Shown piece by piece: positions 20,349-29,772 of a DNA stretch of 64,000 nt (its first letter is position 1; each line of letters begins with the position of its first letter). Position numbers and translations under genes: made by a program. The notes beneath the pieces are model-generated. The model did not search any database. It worked only from the letters and a program-made list of their open reading frames with translations, and was not told where the DNA came from. Origin of the DNA: an uncultured Clostridia bacterium (GTDB lineage Bacteria; Bacillota; Clostridia; Christensenellales; CAG-917); contig CALVQW010000005.1 of assembly GCA_944358385.1 (NCBI GenBank), forward strand, positions 486 through 64,485, written 5' to 3'.

Positions 20349-21758
20349 ATGCCAACGAAAAAGCTCAACGAAATGCTGTCCGCGCTCTCAGGGCAGGACA
20401 ACCTCCCCATGCATATGCCGGGACACAAAAGGAATTTTGCGGAATTCCCCTGGCTTGCCGTGCCTTGCGGCGGGTGTGACATCACCGAGATCGCGGGAGC
20501 GGACGACCTCTACGCGCCCGAAGGCGTGCTGAAAGGTCTCCTCGACTCCCTCGCCCGCCTTTGGGGAAGCAGGCGCGCGTTTCTAAGCGTCAATGGCAGC
20601 ACGGGGGCGGTGTTCGCCGCGCTCTCGCTTGTGCGGGAGAAGGGGGTGCTCGCGGCAAGAAACTGTCACCGCTCGGTGTTCGCCGCCGCGCGGGAACTGT
20701 GTGTGCGCACGGAGTGCGTGCTGCCGCCGCTTGCGGTGACGGGATTTTTCGGGAGCGTGCGCGCAGAGGATGTCGCGCGGGAGCTGGACGGGACGGGCTG
20801 CGGCGCGGTCGTCATCACCTCTCCCACCTATGACGGAGTGTTGAGCGACATCCCCGCCATCGCGCGTGCGGCGCACGAGAGAGGGGCGACCCTCATCGTG
20901 GACGGAGCGCACGGCGCGCATCTCGGTCTTTCGGACGCCTTCCCCGACGGGGGTGTGCGAGAGGGCGCGGATGTGGTGATAAGCAGCCTGCACAAGACTC
21001 TTCCCGCACTCACGCAGACGGCTGTGCTGCACGTCTGTTCCGACCGCGTTTCGGAGGATGCGGCTGCCTCCGCGATCGCCGCTTTCTGCACCAGCAGTCC
21101 TTCTTATCTTCTGATGTCGAGTGTGGAGAGCATGGCGGATTATCTTTCGGAGAAGGGTGCGGAAAGGGAGCGGGAACTTGCGCGTATGTTGGCGCGTTTC
21201 CGCAGTTCTACGACTGATCTGAGACATCTCCGCGTGCTTGACGGGGAGAGGGACAAGGACGCCGCTATTTTCAAAACGGACGCTTCAAAGATATATATCG
21301 ACTGTACAAAGTGCGATTTGAGCGGATACGCGCTCAAAAAGACGTTGCGCGAGGAGTTCGGTATCGAGCTTGAGAGCGCGAGTGACGCGGGTGCTTTGGC
21401 GTATGCCACCGTGGGCGACACCGAGGCGGGTTTCCTGCGGCTGGACAGAGCGTTGCACGCTGTGGACGAAAGGTGCGGCGCGGGCGAGAGGAAGCCCGCA
21501 CTCCCCGCGTTCGGCGTGAGGGCGGAAGGCTTTGAATCGCGCGCAGGTCACGTGTGCGAAAAGGCGGAACTTGCCGATGCGGTGGGGAGAGTCTCCGCCG
21601 AGAGCGTGTGGGTGTATCCGCCGGGCATCCCCGTGCTGTTGCCGGGTGAGACCGTCACCCCCGCCGTCGCCGACTATCTGACGCGGGCGGCGAGTGAGGG
21701 CGCGTCCGTGGCGGGCGAGGCGGGACATTCCGGCACAAAGGTCTTTGTAGTCAAGTGA
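20349..21758 (+). CDS. Orn/Lys/Arg decarboxylase-family PLP enzyme
   Basis: HMPGHK, DITEI, VNGST, RNCHRS, SPTYDG, DGAHGAH, SLHKTLP (PLP Lys), TSSPSY, YPPGIP. Confidence 0.9.
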   Translation: MPTKKLNEMLSALSGQDNLPMHMPGHKRNFAEFPWLAVPCGGCDITEIAGADDLYAPEGVLKGLLDSLARLWGSRRAFLSVNGSTGAVFAALSLVREKGVLAARNCHRSVFAAARELCVRTECVLPPLAVTGFFGSVRAEDVARELDGTGCGAVVITSPTYDGVLSDIPAIARAAHERGATLIVDGAHGAHLGLSDAFPDGGVREGADVVISSLHKTLPALTQTAVLHVCSDRVSEDAAASAIAAFCTSSPSYLLMSSVESMADYLSEKGAERERELARMLARFRSSTTDLRHLRVLDGERDKDAAIFKTDASKIYIDCTKCDLSGYALKKTLREEFGIELESASDAGALAYATVGDTEAGFLRLDRALHAVDERCGAGERKPALPAFGVRAEGFESRAGHVCEKAELADAVGRVSAESVWVYPPGIPVLLPGETVTPAVADYLTRAASEGASVAGEAGHSGTKVFVVK

Positions 21759-21765
21759 ACGCCGC

Positions 21766-21794
21766 TTGACAAGTGAGGGAAACACAAGTATAAT
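21766..21794 (+). promoter_or_regulatory. consensus sigma70 promoter of scfAB
   Basis: TTGACA-17 bp-TATAAT. Confidence 0.85.
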
Positions 21795-21822
21795 AAAATA
21801 AATAAAACCTAAGGAGTTTGTC

Positions 21823-21969
21823 ATGAAAAGGATAGTTACTCTTAACACGCGTGATCTCAACACCAGCAGAAAAGACGGCGGCTGCGGCGAGTGCCAGACC
21901 TCTTGCCAGTCCGCTTGCAAGACTTCCTGCGGCGTCGCCAACCAGAAGTGCGAAAAGTCCGCCAAATAA
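21823..21969 (+). CDS. scfA: six-cysteine ranthipeptide precursor (SCIFF), 48 aa; absent from the ORF track
   Basis: MKRIVTLNTRDLNTSRKDGGCGECQTSCQSACKTSCGVANQKCEKSAK; AAGGAG RBS. Confidence 0.97.
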   Translation: MKRIVTLNTRDLNTSRKDGGCGECQTSCQSACKTSCGVANQKCEKSAK

Positions 21970-22031
21970 CGCGGCTTTTCTCATTCGGATCAGGATGTTT
22001 TCCGCCCCGCGAGGGCGGATTTTTATAGGAT

Positions 22032-23408
22032 ATGGTCCATCTTTTCAAGCGGCTGGGATACAACATCGCGGTGGATACGGCGAGCGCGTCCGTCCACGTC
22101 CTCGACGAAGTGGCGTACGAGGCTGTGTCCTTATACGGCAAAATTCCCGCAGAGGACATCGCGCGGGAACTTGAGCGCAAGTTCGGCATAAGCGGGAAGG
22201 AGTCGGCGGAGTGCATCGCGGACGTCGAGGCACTCGTCTCCGCGGGGACGCTCTTTTCCGAGGATAAGTTCCGCCCCGACGTCGCGGTGCTTGCAAAGCG
22301 CGATCCCGTGGTCAAGGCACTTTGTCTGCACGTCGCGCACACCTGCAATCTGGACTGCGACTATTGTTTCGCAAGTCAAGGCAAATATCACGGCGAGCGC
22401 GCGTTGATGCCCTTTGAGGTGGGCAGGCGCGCGATAGATTTCCTCATCGAAAATTCCGGGAGCAGGCACAACCTCGAAGTGGACTTCTTCGGCGGAGAGC
22501 CGCTCATGAACTTCGGCGTGGTGAAAGAGATCGTGGCGTATGCGAGGGAAAGGGAGAAGGAGTGCGGCAAGCACTTCCGTTTCACCCTCACCACCAACGG
22601 CATGCTGGTGGACGACGATGTCATCGAGTTCAGCGACCGCGAGATGGACAATGTGGTCATGAGTCTGGACGGACGCAAGGAAGTCAATGACCGTTTCCGC
22701 AAGACGGTGGACGGCGTGGGCAGCTACGATATCATCGTCCCCAAATTTCAAAAGTTCGCCGCCGCGCGCGGGGAGAAGGAATATTACATCCGCGGCACCT
22801 TCACGCACAATAACCCCGATTTCATGAAGGACATCGATGTCATGTTGGACCTGGGCTTCACCAGGCTCAGCATGGAGCCTGTGGTCGCGCCGCCCGATTC
22901 CCCCTCCGCGCTCACCGAGGAGGACAAGGCGACGGTGATGCGGCAGTATGAGCTGCTCGCGGAGCGCATGATACAACGCCGCCGTGCCGGAACACCTTTC
23001 GTGTTCTATCATTATATGTTGGATCTGGAACACGGACCGTGTATCTACAAGCGCATTTCGGGATGCGGTTCGGGCACGGAGTATATGGCGGTCACCCCAA
23101 AAGGAGAACTATATCCCTGTCATCAATTCGTGGGTGAGGAGCGGTTCCGTATGGGCGACGTGTTCGGCGGAGTGGATGCGCAGGGCGAGAGGATACGCGC
23201 GGAGTTCAAGCGTTGCAATGCCTATTCCAAGCCCGAATGCGAGGACTGCTGGGCAAGGCTGTACTGTTCGGGCGGCTGTGCCGCCAACGGCTGGCACTCC
23301 ACGGGAGACGTCAACGGCGTCTACGCCTACGGTTGCGATCTCTTCCGTTGTCGCATGGAGTGCGCTCTCGCTGTCAAAGCCTCCGAAGCTCTCGACAACG
23401 CGGAATAA
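22032..23408 (+). CDS. scfB: SCIFF radical SAM/SPASM thioether maturase
   Basis: CNLDCDYC motif, FFGGEP, SPASM cysteines (GCGSG..YPCHQF..CEDCWARLYCSGGC); follows scfA. Confidence 0.95.
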   Translation: MVHLFKRLGYNIAVDTASASVHVLDEVAYEAVSLYGKIPAEDIARELERKFGISGKESAECIADVEALVSAGTLFSEDKFRPDVAVLAKRDPVVKALCLHVAHTCNLDCDYCFASQGKYHGERALMPFEVGRRAIDFLIENSGSRHNLEVDFFGGEPLMNFGVVKEIVAYAREREKECGKHFRFTLTTNGMLVDDDVIEFSDREMDNVVMSLDGRKEVNDRFRKTVDGVGSYDIIVPKFQKFAAARGEKEYYIRGTFTHNNPDFMKDIDVMLDLGFTRLSMEPVVAPPDSPSALTEEDKATVMRQYELLAERMIQRRRAGTPFVFYHYMLDLEHGPCIYKRISGCGSGTEYMAVTPKGELYPCHQFVGEERFRMGDVFGGVDAQGERIRAEFKRCNAYSKPECEDCWARLYCSGGCAANGWHSTGDVNGVYAYGCDLFRCRMECALAVKASEALDNAE

Positions 23409-23432
23409 CACGATAAGTGTTATACCTTGCTC

Positions 23433-23536
23433 AAGCGCGCGGGATATCCCTTCAAACGCACGATATCTTCATCCGAATGCACGGGATCTTCGTCAAAACG
23501 CACGATACTTCATCTAAATGCTTGATATCTTATATC
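23433..23536. repeat. five imperfect tandem 20-21-bp repeats
   Basis: Units such as AAACGCACGATATCTTCATCC, GAATGCACGGGATCTTCGTCA and AAACGCACGATACTTCATCT. Confidence 0.75.
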
Positions 23537-23675
23537 TTCCGGGATCGGCGGGCTTTCCCCGCCGATCTTTCATTTCTCCGCCCATCCCGTGCGGCAGGAA
23601 ATCGGGAAAGGGCTGTGACATCTTGTAAAAGCAGTTTGCCGGACATTATATTGCCGTATCCTTTTCCCATTGTGG

Positions 23676-23703
23676 TTGACAAGCGGCGAATAAGTGTTAT
23701 AAT
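23676..23703 (+). promoter_or_regulatory. sigma70 promoter of the GNAT/TIR operon
   Basis: TTGACA-16 bp-TATAAT with extended -10 TG. Confidence 0.75.
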
Positions 23704-23747
23704 CAAAATGTTGGATATATTTCCGTCAAATACATTTTTACGGAGAA

Positions 23748-24332
23748 ATGATGGAACTGCCCGTGTTGACACGCAAACTTACCTTGAAGGACGATCTTAC
23801 TCAGGTCGGCAGACTTATCTATCTCACCGATCCCTACATCTTCCCCTATCTTTTCGATGCGGACATCGAGGCTGCGGCGAGAGTGTTTGCCGAGATGGTC
23901 AAGGGGGACACGCTCTACAATTTCGCAAACATCACGGCGGCGTTCGTGGGGGACACCTTGGCGGGCATACTCATTGCCTGCGACACCCCGCTCACCGTCG
24001 CGTCCTCCGAGATGATGGACGCCTACATGCGTGCGGGCGAGATCGTGGACGAGAAGTTTGCCAAGGTCTACAAGGAATATTACGCGCTGTTGGAGGACGA
24101 GCCGGACGGCATCTACATCGCAAACGTGAGTGTGGATCCCAAGTTCCGCCGCAGAGGGGTGGCGGACGCCCTCCTCGACGCGGTCATCAAGGACGGCGAG
24201 CTTTACCGTCTGGAAACGGTGAAGGCGAACGAAGGGGCATACCGTCTATACGTCAAACACGGCTTTAAGACGGAATGTGAGTATCCGGGCTTTACGGACG
24301 TACCCTGTCTGCGCATGACGCGGCGGGCATAG
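23748..24332 (+). CDS. GNAT-family N-acetyltransferase
   Basis: YIANVSVDPKFRRRGVADALL (motif A), NEGAYRLYVKHGF (motif B). Confidence 0.9.
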   Translation: MMELPVLTRKLTLKDDLTQVGRLIYLTDPYIFPYLFDADIEAAARVFAEMVKGDTLYNFANITAAFVGDTLAGILIACDTPLTVASSEMMDAYMRAGEIVDEKFAKVYKEYYALLEDEPDGIYIANVSVDPKFRRRGVADALLDAVIKDGELYRLETVKANEGAYRLYVKHGFKTECEYPGFTDVPCLRMTRRA

Positions 24333-24365
24333 AATGAGGAACTTTCGATAACGGAGGGAAGGGAT

Positions 24366-25676
24366 ATGGATGTCTTTATAAGTTATGAGCATGAGTCGAA
24401 ATCCATTGCGGACAACATCTGCGCCGTGCTGGAATCCAAAGGAGTGCGGTGTTGGTACGCTCCGCGCGACGTGTACGGCGATTACGCCACCTCGATCGTG
24501 GACGCCATCGAGCACTGCCGGGTGTTCATCCTCGTGCTCAACCACAATTCTTCCAACTCGCCCCATGTCCTCAACGAGGTCGAGATGGCTTATCAGCGCA
24601 TTCTGAACGGGGAGATCACCATCGTTCCTTTCAAGGTGGACGACGGCATCCTCTCCAAGGCGATGGAATATTATGTTAAGCGCCTGCATTGGATCGACGC
24701 CGTGAGCGCGCCTCTCGAACAGGCGATCAACCAGCTTTATGAGCAGCTGGTGCCCATACTCGGCATAAAGAAGGAGGAGAACCCTCTTGCGGCGGTTCAG
24801 GCGGACACCAACATCAACAGAAAGCACGTGCAGTATTACACCGCGGACGACGCGGTGGAGACGGAACGCCTCGTCATGGAAGAGAGGGTGCTTTTCGACT
24901 TCGAGGAGCCTGTCTATGACAAACTCCTTTTCGGCAAAGAAGGACTTACGGCACTCGATTTCAGCGTTCTGAACCCCTATTCCACCATACACAGGCTGGG
25001 GCGCAGCGAGTTCTCCAAGGTGGTCGCGCTGAGCTACGACGAAAACGTGGTGAAGGCGGGCAACGAGCTTTGCGGGGCGGAAGGGAAGATAAAGTTCTTC
25101 AAGGTGGACGGCAGCGACGACCTCGACGCCGCCCTGAAAGCCGCCATGCGCGAATGCGGCGTGGAGTCCTTCGATTTTCTCAATCTGACCATGGCGATAA
25201 TGGACCTCGGCAACCCGTTCAAGGTGCTGAAAAAGGTCAAGAAACTGCTCAGCCCCGATGCGCTCTGTTTCGTGCGCGACATCGACGACGGCATCGTATT
25301 CGCCTATCCGGACGAAAACGGCTATTTCGCCGAGATCAAAGAGTTCTACAAGCTGGACACCCTTAGCGGTTCGCGGCATTCCGCCCGTCAGGTGTACAAC
25401 ATAATGAAAAAGCTCGGCGCGAAGGACATCCGTTTCGAAAGGTGCGGCGTGAGCACGGCATCCATGGATTACAACCACAAGAGGATGCTCTTTGAGAGCT
25501 GGTTCGGCTTCATCCCCAACGATTTCAGGCACATGGCGCGGAAGAACCCGAACGACGCCGCCGCAAAAGAAGTGCTCGCGTGGCTGGATGACAAATTCGA
25601 CGACATCGAGGAGGAATTTTTCGGCGACGATTTCCTTTTCAATGCAGGGTATATGATCTTCACCGCTAGGTTCTGA
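24366..25676 (+). CDS. TIR domain fused to a class I SAM-methyltransferase-like domain
   Basis: N-terminal MDVFISY..IAD.IC..LE..GVRCWYAPRD..Y...I..AI...RVFILV...S..S.HV.NEV (TIR with catalytic-position Glu); C-terminal SFDFL..MAIMDLGNPFKVLKKVKKLLSPD.LCFVRD is MTase-like. Confidence 0.85.
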   Translation: MDVFISYEHESKSIADNICAVLESKGVRCWYAPRDVYGDYATSIVDAIEHCRVFILVLNHNSSNSPHVLNEVEMAYQRILNGEITIVPFKVDDGILSKAMEYYVKRLHWIDAVSAPLEQAINQLYEQLVPILGIKKEENPLAAVQADTNINRKHVQYYTADDAVETERLVMEERVLFDFEEPVYDKLLFGKEGLTALDFSVLNPYSTIHRLGRSEFSKVVALSYDENVVKAGNELCGAEGKIKFFKVDGSDDLDAALKAAMRECGVESFDFLNLTMAIMDLGNPFKVLKKVKKLLSPDALCFVRDIDDGIVFAYPDENGYFAEIKEFYKLDTLSGSRHSARQVYNIMKKLGAKDIRFERCGVSTASMDYNHKRMLFESWFGFIPNDFRHMARKNPNDAAAKEVLAWLDDKFDDIEEEFFGDDFLFNAGYMIFTARF

Positions 25677-25692
25677 CACTCGGACAAGAGAG

Positions 25693-25739
25693 AAAGGACT
25701 GCCGCGCTTTGCAAAACAGAGCGCGGCAGTCTTTATTTT
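25693..25739 (+). terminator. intrinsic terminator
   Basis: GACTGCCGCGCT / AGCGCGGCAGTC followed by TTTATTTT. Confidence 0.8.
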
Positions 25740-26043
25740 GCAAAAGAGTGGCTTAGATCATTGGTTTTTGCGGTCTCGTGGCAGTTTTCCCACATCTTAC
25801 GCATGCGTCCTGCGTGGCAATGATGGTATGCTCCCGCCTTTCGGGGAGGCCTCGCAAGCACGCCGACCTTCAATGGCAGAGGAGACTTCGCACAGCCCAT
25901 ACGGACGATGAGCGTGAGGGCGGTGAGGTGCGCCGTCAACGGAAAGAGAGGCGGGCGAGAGAGGTGGGGATACAAGATGTGAAAACCGCGCTTCGCAGGA
26001 GCGGAGCGCGGTTTTCTGTCCTCAAAAGAGGACGGGGGAAGGA

Positions 26044-26850
26044 TCAGAACGGGATGCACTCGTCGTCTTCGGGTGCCGTGACATCGGCGTCGTCAGCGTC
26101 CTCCGAAATGAAAAGCGGGAGTGTATCGTCGGAGGCGACGGAGACGAAAAGTTTCGCAAAGGTGAGGGCACTGCCGAGGGCATCGTCGCGAAGTTCGGGC
26201 AGGTCGTAACGCTTGAGGAGGGCGCGGAGATCGCAGGAGTAAGCCGCTGTCGCGGCATTCAGGACGGTGAGGACGTCCACGCGCTTGAAGGGACTCTCGT
26301 CGATCGCCGCATCCTCGGCTATGACGTGCGGATCGGCGTTGAACATGACGGTGTGCACGAACTCCGTCCCGCAGACGAAGTCCGCTATGTCGAAGCTTTG
26401 TTTCGGGAGATAGACACCCTTTTTTTGTGCCGCGGATGCCAGAGCGGCGTAGAGCTTTTTCTTATATACCGCGCCGGATGTCAGGACGACGGCGTCCGAG
26501 TCGCCCTTTTCATTCTTGTTGAAGCCCGCAAAATCGGAGAGCATTTCAGCCGCTTGCGCGATGTCGGGCGCGTCGATGAAGTGCTCGGGGACAAGCTGCA
26601 ATGTGCGCGTGAGCTGGCAATCGTCATCCGCGCTGCCGAAAGGGCAGCCGAGTGAGGAGACGAATGTATGCATATGCCGCGCTATCCCGCCCTTTTCTAT
26701 GAGGACGGCGGCGAGTTCCACGGGCACATACGCACACTCATCCGCGGCATTTTCCTCATCGTCCGCGCCTCCCGTGCACTCGCGGCACCAAAACGGATCT
26801 ACCGCGTTCATCTCCACGACTACGAACTTCCTGAACTCAAAATTTTTCAT
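26044..26850 (-). CDS. hypothetical protein resembling a degenerate DEDDh (DnaQ/PolC-type) 3'-5' exonuclease
   Basis: FVVVEMNA, PVELAAVLIEKG..HTFV, FIDAPDI..A...LSDF, LL.RYDLP..DDALGSA...AKLF echo the DnaQ layout with altered catalytic residues. Confidence 0.55.
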   Translation of the reverse strand: MKNFEFRKFVVVEMNAVDPFWCRECTGGADDEENAADECAYVPVELAAVLIEKGGIARHMHTFVSSLGCPFGSADDDCQLTRTLQLVPEHFIDAPDIAQAAEMLSDFAGFNKNEKGDSDAVVLTSGAVYKKKLYAALASAAQKKGVYLPKQSFDIADFVCGTEFVHTVMFNADPHVIAEDAAIDESPFKRVDVLTVLNAATAAYSCDLRALLKRYDLPELRDDALGSALTFAKLFVSVASDDTLPLFISEDADDADVTAPEDDECIPF

Positions 26851-27139
26851 ATCCTGCTCCCTGTCCTGCGGCAACGCCGCGCAAGCCGTATTTGCGAGAG
26901 CAATGATAATGCAGCGAATGCACCGAAAAGGGGACATAAATGCGGCGAATTTGCCTTTCGCTCTTGTGTATGCGGGCGATATGAAGTATAATCATAAAAA
27001 AAGTCGCGCTTTTGCCGAGTGCCGCACGTCGGCGAGGGACGCGGTGCGCTACAAAAGCCTGATACAGAGCGCGCAAGCCCGCAAAACACGCATTCCGATG
27101 CGGTGTTTCCCGCAGTTTGCGGCGGGAAAAGGAGGGGAA

Positions 27140-28120
27140 ATGGAGAGCCTGGAACCAAAAAAACTCGCACTCATCCGCATTTTGCAGATCCTGGAAAAGT
27201 ACAGCGACCGCGAACATCACCTCAAGCAGGAGGAAATCGCCGCCATCCTCGACCGCGAGTACGGCATCACGGTGGAGAGAAAGGCGATAGGGCGCAATCT
27301 TTCCCTTTTGAAAGAGGCGGGCTATGACATCGAGTCCGACCGCAGGGGGAGCTGGCTGGACAGCCGTCTTTTCGAGGATGCGGAACTCAGGATGCTCATC
27401 GACGGGGTGTTGTCCGGCAGGCATGTCACCGCGGCGTACTCAAAGTCCCTCATCGAAAGGCTGTGTTCGCTTTCCGGCGTCTATTTCCGCGCCCACGTCA
27501 AGCACGTTTACAGCGTGGAGGAGTGGAGCAAGACGGAGAATAAGTCCGTCTTTTACAACATCGACCTCGCGGATGAAGCGATAGAGAGCGGGAAGTCGTT
27601 GGAATTCGACTACAACAAGTACGGTACGGACGGCAAGTTGCACAAGACCGCCTCTCACACCGTCACTCCCTATCAGATGCTGCTGCGCAACAGGCACTAT
27701 TATCTGATGTGCTGCAATGCGAAGTGGATGGATGTGGTGTTCTACCGCATGGACCGCATCACGAACATGCGCTTTTCCTCCGCGCCGCCCGTCCCCCTCA
27801 ACACGCTGCCCGGATACGAACACGGCATAAATTACAGGACGCTCGCATCCTCTTTGCCATACATGTTCTCCGGCAAGCCCGAAAGGATAGAGTTTTATGT
27901 GGAAAGCTACGCCGTGGACGACGTGATAGATTGGTTCGGCAAAGACGTCACGTTTTCGGAAAAGGAGGGCAGGATCAAAGCAAGCCTCGTCGCCAACGTC
28001 AAGGCTACGGAATATTGGGCGATGCAATATCTCAACGCCGTCGAGGTCATCTCGCCCGCGTCGCTCAGGGAAAAGATCGCGGAGAATCTCCGCAAAGGGC
28101 TGGAAAAGTACGGCGGTTGA
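27140..28120 (+). CDS. WYL-domain transcriptional regulator (wHTH-WYL-WCX)
   Basis: N-terminal HTH (ILEKYSD.EH.L...I...L...YGI.VERKAI), VTPYQM...HYYL, YRMDRI, VEVISPASLRE; AGGAGG RBS. Confidence 0.9.
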   Translation: MESLEPKKLALIRILQILEKYSDREHHLKQEEIAAILDREYGITVERKAIGRNLSLLKEAGYDIESDRRGSWLDSRLFEDAELRMLIDGVLSGRHVTAAYSKSLIERLCSLSGVYFRAHVKHVYSVEEWSKTENKSVFYNIDLADEAIESGKSLEFDYNKYGTDGKLHKTASHTVTPYQMLLRNRHYYLMCCNAKWMDVVFYRMDRITNMRFSSAPPVPLNTLPGYEHGINYRTLASSLPYMFSGKPERIEFYVESYAVDDVIDWFGKDVTFSEKEGRIKASLVANVKATEYWAMQYLNAVEVISPASLREKIAENLRKGLEKYGG

Positions 28121-28129
28121 GGAGGAGAT

Positions 28130-29170
28130 ATGCTGGCTTACACCTATCTTAGCAAAGGGAAATTCGGGCTTGTCGAAAAGCCGTTGCCCGTGATCGCGGA
28201 GGAGACGGACGCCATAGTCCGCGTCACGCTTGCGAGCATATGCACGAGCGACCTGCACATCCTGCACGGCTTTGTCCCCCGCGCCGAAGTGGGCGTGACG
28301 GTGGGACACGAGGCGGTGGGTGTGGTGGAAAAGGTGGGACGCGCCGTAAAGAATGTCCGTCCCGGCGACCGCGTGTCCGTGAATGTGGAGACCTTTTGCG
28401 GAGAATGCTTTTTCTGTGGGCGCGGGAGCGTGAACAACTGCATCCTTCCCGACGGCGGCTGGGCGATGGGCTGCCGCATAGACGGCATGCAGGCGGAATA
28501 CGTGCGCGTGCCGCACGCGGACACCGGTCTCACGGTCATCCCCGACGGCGTGAGCGACACGGACGCGGTGCTTGCGGGCGACATCCTCGCCACGGGATGG
28601 TGGGCGGCAAAGATCGCGGATATAGAGGAGGGCAGCGACGTCCTCGTCATAGGGGCGGGACCCACGGGGATATGCTGCGCCCTCGCCGCACAGCTCAAAT
28701 CACCGAAACGGGTGTTTATCTGCGATATTGACGATGTAAGGCTCGATTTCGTGCGGAAACATTATCCTTCACTCATCCCGTTGAGGAGTGAGGAAACGCT
28801 CGCCGCGATGCGTTCGGAGTGCGCCCACGGCGGAGCGGACAGCGTGATAGAAGCGGCGGGGACACCGGAGACTTTCCGCCTCGCATGGCAGGCGGCACGC
28901 CCTGCCGCCACGGTGACGGTGGTCGCCATGTACGACGAGGCGCAGATCCTGCCCCTCCCCGAAATGTACGGCAAAAACCTTATCTTCAAGACGGGCGGCG
29001 TGGACGGCTGCGACGCGGCGGACATCCTCGCCTGCATCGCGGAAGGCAGGCTGAACACCGCGCCCCTCATCACGCACACCTTCCCCCTCTCGCGGGCGGA
29101 GGAGGCTTATGCATTGTTCGCGGCAAAGAGGGACGGAGTGATGAAGGTCGCGCTCGACTGCACCCGCTGA
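28130..29170 (+). CDS. zinc-dependent alcohol dehydrogenase (MDR family)
   Basis: ICTSDLH, GHEAVG, CGECFFC..NC zinc motif, GAGPTG. Confidence 0.93.
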   Translation: MLAYTYLSKGKFGLVEKPLPVIAEETDAIVRVTLASICTSDLHILHGFVPRAEVGVTVGHEAVGVVEKVGRAVKNVRPGDRVSVNVETFCGECFFCGRGSVNNCILPDGGWAMGCRIDGMQAEYVRVPHADTGLTVIPDGVSDTDAVLAGDILATGWWAAKIADIEEGSDVLVIGAGPTGICCALAAQLKSPKRVFICDIDDVRLDFVRKHYPSLIPLRSEETLAAMRSECAHGGADSVIEAAGTPETFRLAWQAARPAATVTVVAMYDEAQILPLPEMYGKNLIFKTGGVDGCDAADILACIAEGRLNTAPLITHTFPLSRAEEAYALFAAKRDGVMKVALDCTR

Positions 29171-29237
29171 CGGGAGCGGCAGGCTCCCGCCTGCACCCGC
29201 TGACGGGAGCGGCAGGCTCCCGCCTGCACCCGCTGAC
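29158..29237. repeat. 33-bp perfect tandem repeat (2.4 copies) spanning the ADH stop codon
   Basis: CTGCACCCGCTGACGGGAGCGGCAGGCTCCCGC twice plus a partial copy; internal hairpin CGGGAGC/GCTCCCG. Confidence 0.95.
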
Positions 29238-29291
29238 AGAGCGCAAAAACAAAAGGAAACACCGCGCCCGCGACGGGCGGAAAGGAGAAAT

Positions 29292-29597
29292 ATGGTCAGA
29301 CACATCGTTTGCTACAAGCTCAAAGATCCCACCGATGAGGTAAAACAAAAGACAAAGGAGATCTTCCTCTCCATGCAGGGCAGGGTGCCCGAGGTGAAGT
29401 CCGTCACGGTGGGCATAGACGAATTGCACAGCGAGAGGAGCTTCGACATCGTGCTGGACGTCACCTTCGACTCCTTCGAGGCAATGGCGTCTTATCAGCG
29501 CAACGACTATCACGTCTCCGTCGTCAAAAAGCACGTGCATTCCGTTAAGGAGTCGAGCGTCTCTGTGGATTTTACGATGCCGGACACGGAAAGCTGA
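29292..29597 (+). CDS. Dabb (stress-responsive A/B barrel) family protein
   Basis: MVRHIVCYKL, FDIVLDVTFDS, YQ...YH motifs; AAGGAG RBS. Confidence 0.88.
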   Translation: MVRHIVCYKLKDPTDEVKQKTKEIFLSMQGRVPEVKSVTVGIDELHSERSFDIVLDVTFDSFEAMASYQRNDYHVSVVKKHVHSVKESSVSVDFTMPDTES

Positions 29598-29693
29598 GTC
29601 AGGCGAGAACCGTGCGCGACGTGCTTGCACGGCGCAATGCCGAAATTTCTTTGAAAAACCGCCGTTTTTATGCGCACGCGGCTGTGGTGCGTG

Positions 29694-29722
29694 TTGACTT
29701 CCGTTTGTCGATATGATACAAT
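29694..29722 (+). promoter_or_regulatory. putative sigma70 promoter
   Basis: TTGACT-17 bp-TACAAT with extended -10 TG. Confidence 0.6.
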
Positions 29723-29772
29723 GTTGAACGATAATTTGCACGCCGCGCTTTTTGCGGCGGCAGGAGGAGAGA

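Noticed and set aside
23433-23536. CRISPR array
   Set aside because: Contiguous degenerate units without spacers; no cas genes.
29158-29237. Mini-CRISPR (33-bp palindromic repeat)
   Set aside because: Repeats are directly adjacent with no unique spacers and include the gene's own stop codon.
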